From contig CM102290.1 of NCBI GenBank assembly GCA_046563655.1, forward strand, positions 806,001-870,000: a DNA stretch of 64,000 bases, written 5' to 3'. This DNA comes from Yuukianura sp. NJ FZ-2021 (taxonomy: Eukaryota). Of this stretch, positions 1-12,803 are shown one piece after another; within the stretch, counting starts at the first letter, position 1, and each line of letters starts with the position of its first letter. Below the pieces are notes generated by a model. That model had not been told where the DNA came from and did not search any database. It saw only the letters and a program-made list of their open reading frames with translations. The translations under genes were made by a program, and so were the position numbers.

Positions 1-3000
1 CACCATGCAAATCCTAAGATTTTCAATTTTACAAATCCTGCAAAACGTGATTTTGGCAACTTGGAAAAATTTCATCACAAAAATTTGTTCCAAATTTCAA
101 ATTGTGCATACCAAAACAGACAAAACACGAGACGTTGGAGCAAGAGAAACCTTGTTTATAACTTAAATTAAATGACTTTGAATTACAACCAAGGTTAATA
201 GTAAATCGAAGTTGAGCGTTTTGGGAGTGAAGAGAAAGCACTTGAAGTGAAATCCCAGCGGAGAAAGGTTAGATCAGCATCAGCGTAGTAAATTACGGTT
301 AGATGACTTTGATTGTTTGCTCTAGACATTCCCTAAGTGCCAAATAATTTCCATAAGGGAAAGTGTTAAGTCAAAATACAAGGAAAATCGTTCAAAAATT
401 TAATTTTGAATTCTGCTCGTTCCATGTTTGTCAAAACTCTCAAGTAAAGCAAAACTATTAAGATTTTAGTTTAAAATCTGTTCCCATCTCATCTTAATCT
501 TAAAAATTCAAAATCAAATGGCTACTTTCTCAAAAAATCTTATTTTTCCTTGAGAAAATCTGAAAACTGAAGACAGAATCAAACCAACAAATTTTTCTTT
601 AAATCCTTTCTCCAGTCCAAACAAACAGGTTTTGAAAGTAAAAAAAATACGCATTGTTTTCTACGAATTATTAAAAAAAAGGGAAATAAAATCAGATGTC
701 TTTAAGAGTTCACTTTCAAAAAACTAATTCAGCATTTTTCAAGAAAGAACAAAATTTTGGCTTCCATTTCATTAAAACCTAACCAAGCCCGTTCTTAACC
801 TAATTAGCATCATATGGAAGCCCACCTCCGCAACACATTTGTGCCAATGATTTCCTTTGTGCTATGGCTAAGTATTATTTCAAAAAAATGCCCAGCTTTG
901 AAAGAGACACTTTAAAATTAGTAAGGTCAAGAGTCCACATCAAACGAAAACTGCCAACGCAAATCATACAGGAAGCCGCTTTGAGCGTGGGTATATTAAT
1001 TGGATTAAGATTGGTGCGGTATTGTTGCGGTACTGTGTGCTGCGGTGGCGGAGGTTTCCATTTGACAGCGCGGCAGTGTTTGTCTTTGGCTCCAATTAAC
1101 ATGGAACCATCCAATTTCCGTCGTCTCATCTATCCCTTTGACTTTCTCCGAACTAAAAACTTCCATCCGTCGAACCCCCTTTCACCCTACATTAAACTTC
1201 GCTCCATTAGGACCCCAGTTAATATTTTCTTTTAATCTCATCTCTGTAACATGAGTCAGATTATGCCTTAAAAGAATAGGAACCTCAGAGACACTCGGAC
1301 TAGTTACCCAAAGGAAATGCAGAGCTACCTTCTGAGTTCCGTTTTGTTCAAGGAACATTGTCATTTAAATTAAAGTCTTCTAAAGAACACACGCTCTATT
1401 GATCTCGTACATTGCTATTCACAGTTAAGCTTGGAAACCAATTTAGTCCTTATAAAGGAACAGGCGTCTTCTGTGGACCAACACCGGGAGAAAGGAACAT
1501 CTCTAATGCAATTTCCATTGATTAACATCCCTGACGATGAGCAGAGTTCTGTCTCTGATCTTCTTCCTTCCCTCATGCCAGTACAGATTACAAATGAGCT
1601 CAAAAGGAACTCCGCTCAAAATCTACTCCCTTCTCCAGAAGCAGAGAAAGTATTACCTTAGAACCACAACCCCACTCCACTCCAAACCCAATTCAAAATC
1701 TATCCATTTCAAAAGTTGTTCACATAATTTGTTAAATATTCAAAAGTTCAAAAACTTTCTTTTAATCTATTAGTGGACTTATTACGTTTCAGCGTCGCAG
1801 CTAAACTATCCAAGCCACTTTTCTCAAAAGTCGTTTGGAAATAATTGCCCAATCTAAAAATTGGCTAAAATCCGAAACAAATCTTCTGTTTTTAAACCAA
1901 AAACCTTTTCATTGCAAAATTGTAATTCAAATCCTAATAAAAGAAAATGATAATGTCCAACAACAACAAAAATTCTAAAAGCCAAACTGGTAATAACCCG
2001 CGGATGAAACGAATCGAAATAAGGAACGTGTTTTCCCTTGCAAAATGACCAATTTGAGTTCTTTCTTGATTCTCTCCTCATCTTAACAGCACAGGTATGC
2101 CCATTACCCGCCTTCTTCATTCTTACCATGGGAGGTTCAATTAATTAATTGCCTCGTGGAGAACGTGGCTTAAGAGTGTTTCTTAACAGTTTTAGTTTGA
2201 ACTTTCACATAGGGAAAACGGTGTTTTGAGACTAATAAAACTCCACCTCTCCCTCAACTTTCTCCTGGGCTAACTGACGTAAGGGGGCTAAAGAGCTCTC
2301 CAGAGACCCCTTTGATTTCCATTTTCTTAATCCAAATTCAAGGATTATTAGGAATACCTTGGGAGATGAACTCCAATCTCTCAAGAATGAAATGGGAGGA
2401 GTTCTAATGCACATGAAACCTTACCGGAAGAAAGTTCTGCGTGTTCCTTCAAAATAAAAAAGTAATTCACTCCTCTTAGCTTCCGTAGAAGACGGACTAC
2501 ATAAAAACTGATTCTCTTCTTCTCCAAACAGATAAACGGAAAAGCCTAAAACCCACAACTCCAACTCCATTTATCATCTTCTGTCGCTGGCCTCTTTCCT
2601 TATTACTTTCTCTACTAAGTTCAAAGTTTCTCGTCTACCTGATAACACGGTTGTGTTGATTTTCGTGGTAATATTCTAGCCACGGGTATGCTGTTACGAA
2701 ATCATTACAAAAAATAGCCTCTATCCGAAATTCCGACATTGAATGCCGGAAAAGGAAATGAGCACTGCTATTTTTCGTCAAAGAAATTGGAAAGTGGAAT
2801 GATAAATGACTAACACAGGCACATCATCGGAAAACGAAAACAAAATTTTAAAAATTAAACAACACATTTGACAACGAAGAACGAAGGATCTTCCAGCCCT
2901 CTAGCCAAAGCTGGTTGTTGTTATCGATGCAGGCTATACTTTTACTTTTTGCATTTTACCAACCAATTACTTGTGAAAGCAAGATTTAAAAATCCACTTC

Positions 3001-6000
3001 CGGTAATGCTTCCTTTTCTGGCTCCCTATACACAAGCTTAAACTTAAGACAACGGTAATCTTGTGTATTGCTTTGTTTGAAATTAATTTATGCTCACATA
3101 AATTGATTATCATTATACAAGGCCTCAGTTTCATTATAGTAACTATCATTTTCTAAAAAGAAACAATGCAATTGACTTTAAAGAAAACTTATGAACAAAG
3201 GACAAAGGCACGGCTGTTTAATCGCGAAAAACGCCAGTCAAAAATCATATACTACGCACCGCCAAAATTGCCAAAAATTAAAAAATATCGGAAAAAGTGG
3301 CCCGGAAAATCCAGAATTTCAAAAGAAAGAGGACAAAATTAATCGATTAATTAAATGACTTTCTGTTAAGCCTTAATCGCCAAAAACACAAAAAGTACAA
3401 GACTTTGTTGAACATTTTGTCAATGTTACTGTGCTTATTAATCTCACTCCGCTTAATTTCAAATTTTTAATGCACAGTAATTATGTAATTTAATTAAACG
3501 TGAAGTTCTTCATATAAAACTTCACATAATATTACAATTATCAAATAATGTAAGATAATTACACTAATATGTTGTATGAAATTGCATTTTGAGTTTATAA
3601 TAGAGAAAAAATCCTCATGCTATTTCATAAATTGAATTGGCATTTAATGTGAAAGATATTGAATTTTATAAAACGTTACAGATTTATCAGAATCTGGCAG
3701 TGTTGCCATCAGATACGCAGTACGTTCTCCATAAGGATACATTTACATCCGTGACATTTTTAGCAGAAACCACGTCATATTTTGCCGGTATTGCCGCAAT
3801 TGCGTATCGAAGTAATTTTTGGAGCCTAAAATAAGAGCCCTGGACAAAGGGGATGCGGCGGGATTTTAACTTTGAAAGAAACCAAAGACCTTTGACCTAA
3901 AACGACATTGACAGTGATTTCGTGTCATGTGGTTACGGCCGACGTGCCGCCGCGTACTCAATCTCGCTCCATTTTCCGGGAATTTCAAACTATTGTGTGA
4001 CCGCCAATTAACATCAACTTCTGACTAATTTAACCCGGAACAATCATCCGCACTCACCCTGTATCTAATAGGATCTCTTTTCAAACTGACCACAGAAATT
4101 TCAAAAAACCGAAGACATGCTTCTCACAAAGCCGAAGTAAAATCATAAATCGGCTTTTGGTAAAGCTTAATTACTCCGTTTCGTTCAATTTGTTCAAAAA
4201 TAATTGAATTTCCCACGCCAAATGAAGTTCTAAAGGCCCTTTAAAGTATCTTCCCTTACGGTTGCTTTTTAAATCCAAATAATACGATTTTAAACCTAAT
4301 CAAAAAATCATCTCACTTTTTCAGGTTTTACTTTTTTGAAACTCTTAATGGAACCGTGCCTTACTTTCCCACTACACCAGAAAATGAATGGAAATTTTTG
4401 AAACACATTAAACTGAAAATTTCTAAATTTTCAGTACATGCTTTGCATTAAGTTTTTTTCAAAGCTACCACTTACGTAAATCTACGCCATAAAAGGGGAA
4501 GTGCGAGTTCAACTGCTAGCATCAATCTTTCAAAGAAAAATGCGACTACTATGACTTTTGTTTGGTGGCTTTTCATGTCATTGACAAAAACTGACTTCAA
4601 CTTGTTCAAAAAATGTTCTTTAGACGAACTTCAAAAGAAGGCAAGTGACCGAAAATGTCAGTTCAAAAACCTAGTAATGTCCATTTTGCCACCCGCCCTG
4701 AACTCAAACCTGTCGCTGGCGTTTAAATAGTCTCTCGCCATTGAACACGCAAACAAGCCACTTGTCAATAAATTAATTGAACTTAATTTTCCTTTCAACT
4801 AAAAATAATTTAGAAGAAAAAATTAAGCAAGCGTCTTACCATATAGAAGCGACGTTTCAACCCCGCCAGTCAATTACACATCCATGCTCTGACTTTTACA
4901 ACAGTTTTCAAATGTGAAAGAGAGCTCCTCTAGTTCACTGGAATTGAGGCTTTTAGTTTCATAAAGTCAATTGGCTAGTAACGCTTGTGGCTGCAGTTAC
5001 TCTGCCTTACTGTCTGAAAATTTATGAAACCAAGTGCTGAACAGAGGAAAACAATGGAACTGAATGTGTTAAGACTTCAACGGAGACAGGAACACTGACA
5101 AGAGAAAGAGCGGGGGGAGAAAGAAAGGGAGAATCCCCGCTTTCCACCACCAACTTTTCCAGAGACTACTCCAAAAGTCAGGAGTTTACATTTGGGCGTA
5201 AAGGCGAATCCCACCACTACGAATCTGGAAAATCCTTTCCTTTTCTCCCTTTAACCAGCGGGACATAACGTGAAAAGTATAAGCTTCTGCGCCAAAACCT
5301 TCTGGAGAGCCTAGCAAAGTAACAAAAACTAAAAAAGAGTGGAACTGAGCCTCCCCGACACACAACGGAGTACACTGGACGTTCATTCATTCCTTGTGGC
5401 CTCAATGGACTGGAGAAAGCAGACGCAGACAAACCTTGCCTAACTTTCCTTTCCGAATGACATAAGGGGCGCGTTACGACACAAAGGGACTTAAGGGCCC
5501 CTTCAACCTACAACCAAGCCCTTGCAACAATTTAGTTTAAAGGGCAGGTTAAGCTGAAACTGTTCCAAAACATAATGATAAAACCAAAGTTAACCTTCTG
5601 GATTTGGTTAAGCTACATTGTTAAAGCAGAAGAGTTGAGGAAACAAGTTTTTAAAAAGTCAGGTTACGACCAATTACGTTTTGCTTTCGTTGCTTTTTTG
5701 AAAAAGGCCTTTAAAGACTGGTGGAGAGAAGGCTGGAAATGATTGGAGAAAGGAGTAATTCCAAGAGAAAGAGTTCCATGCTGTTACCGGAGGCAGTTTG
5801 GGCTTTGTTCCAAGCCTCACAAATGACGTTACCCCTCACATTCCCCTACGTCCATTCTTCCAACCGTCTAATATTCTATTAACCAAATTCACTTCTCCAA
5901 GTTTCCCCACTTACATAACGCTTCTTTAAAAAAAACATCTTTTGCACCACCACCAAAATCAAGAAATCATCCAGAAAAAAAAATTCACACTCCTCCTAGA

Positions 6001-9000
6001 AATTGTGCTTTTTTTTCTGTCTCTAACAACACAAGTTCCAGAGCTGCTGCTCAAAATGGACATCTCTTTAGCCAAGGAGAAAGCCTTTCTTGAACCCAAA
6101 ACTTTGCCGAAGGTTTAATGCCAACCTGTTCAACAAACGCAGAGTATTCAACGGCACTAGCAAAAAATTCTTAGCATTTTTAGAACAAATCTGTTAGGAA
6201 CAAAAGAGTGGTTACGACATTCTCGTTCTGACTTCTGGCGACTGCAATTCTGAAAAAAAGGAATTGCACAAAGTCTACCAAAACGGAAAAAACTTCACAG
6301 TTGTTCTTCCAATTCACGAAAAAGACATTGATTTGCCTTGACGTTTTCTATCTCCTGGTCTACTCATATTTATTCAAGGAGAATCATAATGTAAACCAAC
6401 AGTTCTCCCTGTTGGTCGATACCTTACTGTAGTACGGCAGATACATTTTTCAAATAAAGGCTTTTATATTACACAATACTTCCTTCCTTTTCTAAAAAAG
6501 AGCAACAAATTTCAAAATGCCCTTGGCATTTGGGAACCAAAAAAATTGAAGTTATGAAGCATTTTTTTTTCTCGAAACAACTACAGCGAGAAAAAGACTA
6601 TGAGAGTCCCATCTCATTTGACGAGAAGACGCAAACTGATAGTCGAACTCCATCAGAAGAAGATCAATTGCCAACAAAACCAAAAGAGTGTCCTACTACC
6701 ATAGAGCTATTTCTGAGCTTTTCCTTCTATACAAACAACTTTCCATTTCCAAAAAGAAAAGCGACATTTTCAGTTTGGTTGTCAGTCTTAATAAGGAGAA
6801 AGGAACTTGTAATTTGAGCTGAGTGCCCAGGTGAAGTCTCCACAAAAATTTATCAAGGATAAATACTAAAGAAAAAGCAGGAGAAAGGTATATAAATCAA
6901 CCTTATTCTTATACTTTCTCCAGCAAGTGACATTTCAGATAGAGATAGCTCACACGCCTTTATCCAATTTATCAATCAAATCCCAAGTCTAAATGCTATC
7001 CAAAGAGGCTCGATAATCGATAGCAATCTGGATCTCATGGCAACTATAATACTTTCCCATGGGAACTTACCTTGGACAGCTATCACTTCCGTTGAAAAGA
7101 CATAATGACAATTGACATTTAGTCCAACCAAATTCAACAAGACTGGATTTATGAAAAGAGCACAATACCCCATGATCATTTCACTGAACAATTACCATCA
7201 CTGCTATCCAGAAACACTTTTAGTCTAGTTTCAGTTCCTAACTACAACTTCTTTTAACATTCTTGCACTATTGACACACCCACCCAACGGTACTTATTGT
7301 TCCAAAAATGGAAACAATTCAACACCAAAATTGGAACTAACCAAGGTGACGCCCTTGTTAAAACGTTTCAAAAATACAGTTTCCAGGCAGTAGTTAATAA
7401 AAAAAGAAACTTCGTTAAATGAAGTACACCAAGCAAATGCTTTTCAAAAAGATGGTTTAGTGCTCTCAAATTGGACTTTACCAGCGGTAATTCTGAGAGG
7501 GTGGAATTAGATTCTGAACTAAAAGTCCATTTCCTCTAATACTACAAAAATGAAAGCACTTATAACCAATAAAAGGCTTTTATAACAACGAGTACTTAGG
7601 AACAAGTAGAACCCATTCATAATTGATATGGAACAGAAAGAAAACGACCAAGGGAAAGGAAGTCTCATTTGAGTCTCTCAAAAGTAATTTACTTGGATCT
7701 CAACAATAACTAGCTATTAGTAATGTTACTCCAATGCAATTTTCCCCAATTTACCTACAAACAAAAATTTTAAACCTGTGTAAGCATTATTTTTTCAATC
7801 TAAAAATTCATACTAGGAGACTAAATTCTAAAAGAGGTAAATTGAAATCCCAAGGATTTTTAGATTCCCATAGCAAGGACAGGGCAGCCAACAAAGATTC
7901 AAAGTACACGAGAATGGGCATAAACTGTTGCCAAAAATTTTGAAACAAAATTTTTTGAAAATTTTGGAGTTACACAAAACACTTTCCAAAAGTGGAAATT
8001 TAGAAGTGTGAGTTCCGAATTGGATAAATTGCAATTTAGTAACAATTTCTTGTTGCCCTCAGAGTTTATGCTTCTTCCGTTTCCATTTCCTTTTACTAAC
8101 ACCGAATTCTCATCAATCATTTTTAACTGACAAACACCTTTTCCAGAATCCCACGCCTGGAATACTACAGGAAACACTAAGTCAGAAACATGTTGAGCTC
8201 GCAATTTTTAATTTAACATTACCTACAAGAACTTACTCAAAGTGGAAAACTTTACAGCAAACTCCACTAAAAGTATCATTTCAAAAGAAAAGGAAAATTT
8301 GACAATTTTCGAAGAAATTTGACAGACAAAAAGAAATTCCCGGCTAAAAATTATGCTGACACAAATGAATGTCACGTTATAAGGACTTTGGAAGGAAAAG
8401 CATATCAAATAGACCGAAAACCCAAAATTTCCCTTGGGTGGGTAGGTTTCTGCTTAAGTCGTGAGTAGTGCTACTAGGTAGCAAATCCCGAGAGAAGTGT
8501 TAGTCTTCCCAAGGAATAACTTTTTCTCTAGTTTTCTATCAGAAGAAAAGCTTTTCTCCTGTCAGCCTTCTCTATTAAATGGACTCTCTGCTCCACATAA
8601 GAAACTGAAAGGGAAATCGGTCCACTCAAACTGTCCAAAAACTTAAGCCTTCCGTGTTGTTTGTTTACAAATGAGCGGCAGGCGAGTGGAACATTTCGGA
8701 AACATTGAAGGATATTTATGACTCTATTGTTGCAACGTGACTCTCCCATTGTTTGATATCCTACTGAAACGCTGAAACCGGATTTCAGCGTTTTAGTGTG
8801 AGTCTAAAAGTCTTTTTGGATAATAAACCAACACTCTAGAGCCGAAAATGGGTTTAACTTCTTGGAGTAAGTGGATAAAAAAAGATGAAGAAAGCGGAGG
8901 TTTTGAGTAGGCGTTTTTCCTTACATTTGTGGCAGGCCGAATAAAAGAATCATAATTTTCTAAGCTAACTTTAGGAGATCATAAACAATTTATCATCTCC

Positions 9001-11210
9001 AGAGAGAACGTTCAATTCAAACGTTTTTCTTATTGGCATTCCCATAACTCCTAGCAGTCATAAACACAAGACCGTGAACAAAAGAAAAAATTTTTAGGGA
9101 TGAGAGGATATAAAAATCTGAGAAGAGGTTTAGTGTCCGTCAGCCGCTTTCATTTCCAAAGGAATGAGATTCATTGAAATCCTGTTCTCGACATTACGAA
9201 GTCAAGTGCTCTCTGTATCATTTTCACTCCTTGCCAAAACGAAAACAAAATTTAATCAAAACCAAAATGTGAAAACTAAGTACTAAATTCAGTAAAAACT
9301 TTTTAGAAACTGTTCCAGCTCTAGTTCCCTTTCCTGCCCTGATTAATTGATTGTTAAACACTTTTAGAGAGACAGAGCCTAACAAAGCCCTTGAATTTAA
9401 ATTTTCGAGGTCGTTACAATTGTAGATGAGGGTAGAAGTGCTTTGAAGTGTTTTGTTTCCGTTACTGCCGTTCTAAGTTGAAATCCTGAGATTAAAAAAG
9501 TAGTATTTCCGAAAAAGGCGGAAGGATGGCATGGCCTGGGTAGAGCAATAAAGCACTTTCTCCGCACCAGCACTAGAGAAAGTTCTTTCTTTTCTCCATT
9601 ATTTTAAGTTTTATTGATACTTTTCCACTTTCTCTCTCTCTATGTCAATGTCCTTCAGGCTTCTGCAAGGCCTGTCCGTGTCCCTCCGGTACTGATGGCC
9701 TAGGGACACGGAAAACGGCAACTAATCCATTACAAACTTCACCTAAAGGAAGCAGCCACAAGCGTGGCAAAACCATATCGCTTCCAAATCCTAACTGAAA
9801 AAGACGAAGCCAAACCTTTAAAACCAATTTACTTTTTTAAAACTCAAAAATGTGGCTACATTCTCCTTTCTATTTAATAAGCACACCCTGACGCTAAGTT
9901 TCAAATTCAAATGAAAATTTTGTCCAAATCAAATTCAAACTTAAGTGTAATTTCTAAAACTAGACGTTTCGCTTTCTTTATCCAAATATGAAAACCAAAT
10001 TGATTTCATATTAAATATTGTGGTTTTCCCATATTAGATTATCCCTGTTTGATCCAATCAATTTGAGCGAAACTACAAATACAAAACATCAAGGTTCACC
10101 GTTTGGATTTCTCCTACGCAACATGAGGAACTTGGTGTTTCTTTCAACTTGGTTACCTTAGACTCTAATTCCAACAAATTGAATTCTGTCCCCCACAGAT
10201 CCCCCCTAATGAACTTATTTATCCCTTCATTAACATTGTCCTTTGTCCCTACGTTTCTAGTGAACAGAAAGTTTTGTGAAGATCCACCCCCGTTGTAACC
10301 TGACCTTAAGTTACGATATTCCAAAAAGCACCACAGTCAAACTGGTTCAAAACGGAATTTGAAACAGGTTGAGAAACCCACAACAAACGGACCGAAAAAC
10401 TTGTGAAGACACGGAAGGAACTACTTACGGATTCATTCTGTCACCTCCAAAACCTGCTTTCACCCGATCGTCAACATCCAGCCACACGGTCTGCCCGTAA
10501 CCTCACTTTGTACCCATGACAAAACACAAGTACATCTCGACTCGTAGAAGATGGAAATGCTAACAGAGACTCCAAAAGTCCTTGACCTCCTCAATGGAAC
10601 TAAAAGTCATACATAAATGAATAGGGTAACAACGGCCTAGAATTTCAATGACCAACCCACCAACACACGTCTCTTTCTGATCCAGTTACGGTGACCGGAG
10701 TTCCTTTCCAGGCGTCAGCTTTCACAGTTCCACTTCGCCCCCTCAAAATCAGAGACTACAAATGTCAAAGGTTATGTTAAGTTTGAACTAGAAACACAAA
10801 GGTGTCTATATTGAACGCTGAAGAATACTTTGCTCAAAAGAGACGGCGTCTGAAGTTGGTTATGTCATCAAAATCTGAAACTGGACTCAACCAACTGGAT
10901 ACCCAAAGATCATTCATCTGTCACCGTCAGAAAGTTCATGGAGTTTAGCCTCTCCTTTGTCCCAAGGAAACGGAAGAACAAGCGGATAAAATTTTCACCA
11001 TCACCCAACTACCAAAGACGCTGACTAACACCAGTCCTTCATAATGGTAGTAACAAGCTTTGGGAAATGACGGCTTAAAAAATGACACTTTCCCCATCGA
11101 CGTCATTAGGGGACACAACCGGAACTTTACTTTCTACACACACACAAAATAATAAAATTTCAAGGCCAATCTGAAATGTTCTACTTTACAACTCCAAAAT
11201 ACCCCCCTAT

Positions 11211-11312
11211 AAAATTTCCCAACGAAAATCTATGCCGAATCCGAAAAATTTCCCAATCAAAACCAATGTCGAATACGAAAAATTTCCCAATCAAAACCAA
11301 TGCCGAATTAAA
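11211..11312. repeat. 34-bp minisatellite, 3 copies
   Basis: Unit aaaatttcccaatcaaaaccaatgccgaat.cga starts at 11211, 11245 and 11279. Confidence 0.9.
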
Positions 11313-11504
11313 AAAAAAGTGTAAGCCAAAATTAAAAATTCGAAACCTTATCTACCAAATTCCAACTAAAATTGCCAAATTTCCAAAATATTCTACAAAC
11401 CTGTAATACTTAAATAAATAAACCGTAGTAAACGCCGTAAGTAAGTAGCGAAAGGAAGCCAGAGCGCACAACACGGAAATTGTGCACTTCCGGTCAAGCG
11501 GGAG

Positions 11505-12685
11505 CCTTGCCGAACATTCACGCGTACTCTACCGTCTTGAAATGTTGGTCTCGTGAAAAATTGACCTGTTCTCTAACTTTTTGACGTGACCAAATTTTTA
11601 AAAATTCACTTGTACACTTACTTTTTGAGGATTTGGAATTTTGAAAAATTCAGCTGAAATTCAACTTTTGGATATATTTGCCTTGCCGAGGATTCACGCG
11701 AACTCTACCGTCTTGAAATGTTGGTATCGTGAAAAATTGACCTGTTCTCTAACTATTTGACGTGACCAAATTTTTAAAAATTCACTTGTACACTTACTTT
11801 TTGAGGATTTGGAATTTTGAAAAATTCAGCTGAAATTCAACTTTTGGATATATTTGCTTGCCGAGGATTCACGCGTACTCTACCGTCTTGAAATGTTGGT
11901 CTCGTGAAAAATTGACCTGTTCTCTAACTATTTGACGTGACCAAATTTTTAAAAATTCACTTGTACACTTACTTTTTGAGGATTTGGAATTTTGAAAAAT
12001 TCAGCTGAAATTCAACTTTTGGATATATTTGCTTGCCGAGGATTCACGCGTACTCTACCGTCTTGAAATGTTGGTCTCGGGAAAAATTGACCTGTTCTCT
12101 AACTTTTTGACGTGTCCAAATTTTTAAAAATTCACTTGTACACTTACTTTTTGAGGATTTGGAATTTTGAAAAATTCAGCTGAAATTCAACTTTTGGATA
12201 TATTTGCCTTGCCGAGGATTCAGGCGTACTCTACCGTCTTGAAATGTTGGTCTCGGGAAAAATTGACCTGTTCTCTAACTTTTTGACGTGTCCAAATTTT
12301 TAAAAATTCACTTGTACACTTACTTTTTGAGGATTTGGAATTTTGAAAAATTCAGCTGAAATTCAACTTTTGGATATATTTGCCTTGCCGAGGATTCAGG
12401 CGTACTCTACCGTCTTGAAATGTTGGTCTCGGGAAAAATTGACCTGTTCTCTAACTTTTTGACGTGTCCAAATTTTTAAAAATTCACTTGTACACTTACT
12501 TTTTGAGGATTTGGAATTTTGAAAAATTCAGCTGAAATTCAACTTTTGGATATATTTGCCTTGCCGAACATTCACGCGTACGCTACCGTCTCGAAATGTT
12601 GGTCTCGCGAAAAATTCACCTGTTCTCTAACTTTTTGACGTGACAAAATTTTGAAAAATTCACATTTACACTTACTTTTTGAGGA
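11505..12685. repeat. Satellite-like tandem array, 175-176-bp unit, about 6.7 copies
   Basis: Unit (c)cttgccga..attcacgcgtactctaccgtcttgaaatg...ggatatatttg starts at about 11505, 11681, 11857, 12032, 12207, 12383 and 12559 (last copy partial); the copies are nearly identical. Confidence 0.97.
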
Positions 12686-12695
12686 ATTGCCACTG

Positions 12696-12803
12696 GTGTG
12701 ACGGAGAACGCTATCACATACCATATATTGGCATGAGTGTGACGGAGAACGCTATCACATACCATATATTGGCATAGGTGTGACGGAGAACGCTATCACA
12801 TAC
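12696..12803. repeat. 41-bp tandem repeat, about 2.6 copies
   Basis: gtgtgacggagaacgctatcacataccatatattggcat.. at 12696, 12737 and 12778. Confidence 0.95.

Noticed and set aside
776..803. aacctaacc / taacctaa as a TTAGG telomerase template or telomeric seed
   Set aside because: Matches of 8-9 nt are expected by chance in AT-rich DNA, and no supporting structure was identified.
3690..4065. Possible DNA transposon (cagtgttgcca near 3698; caccctgta near 4055-4063)
   Set aside because: Only solitary TIR-like words; no matching partner end, TSD or transposase was found.
12696..12803. Short direct repeats resembling a CRISPR array
   Set aside because: The intervening sequences are essentially identical (a plain tandem repeat), the context is eukaryotic and there are no cas genes.
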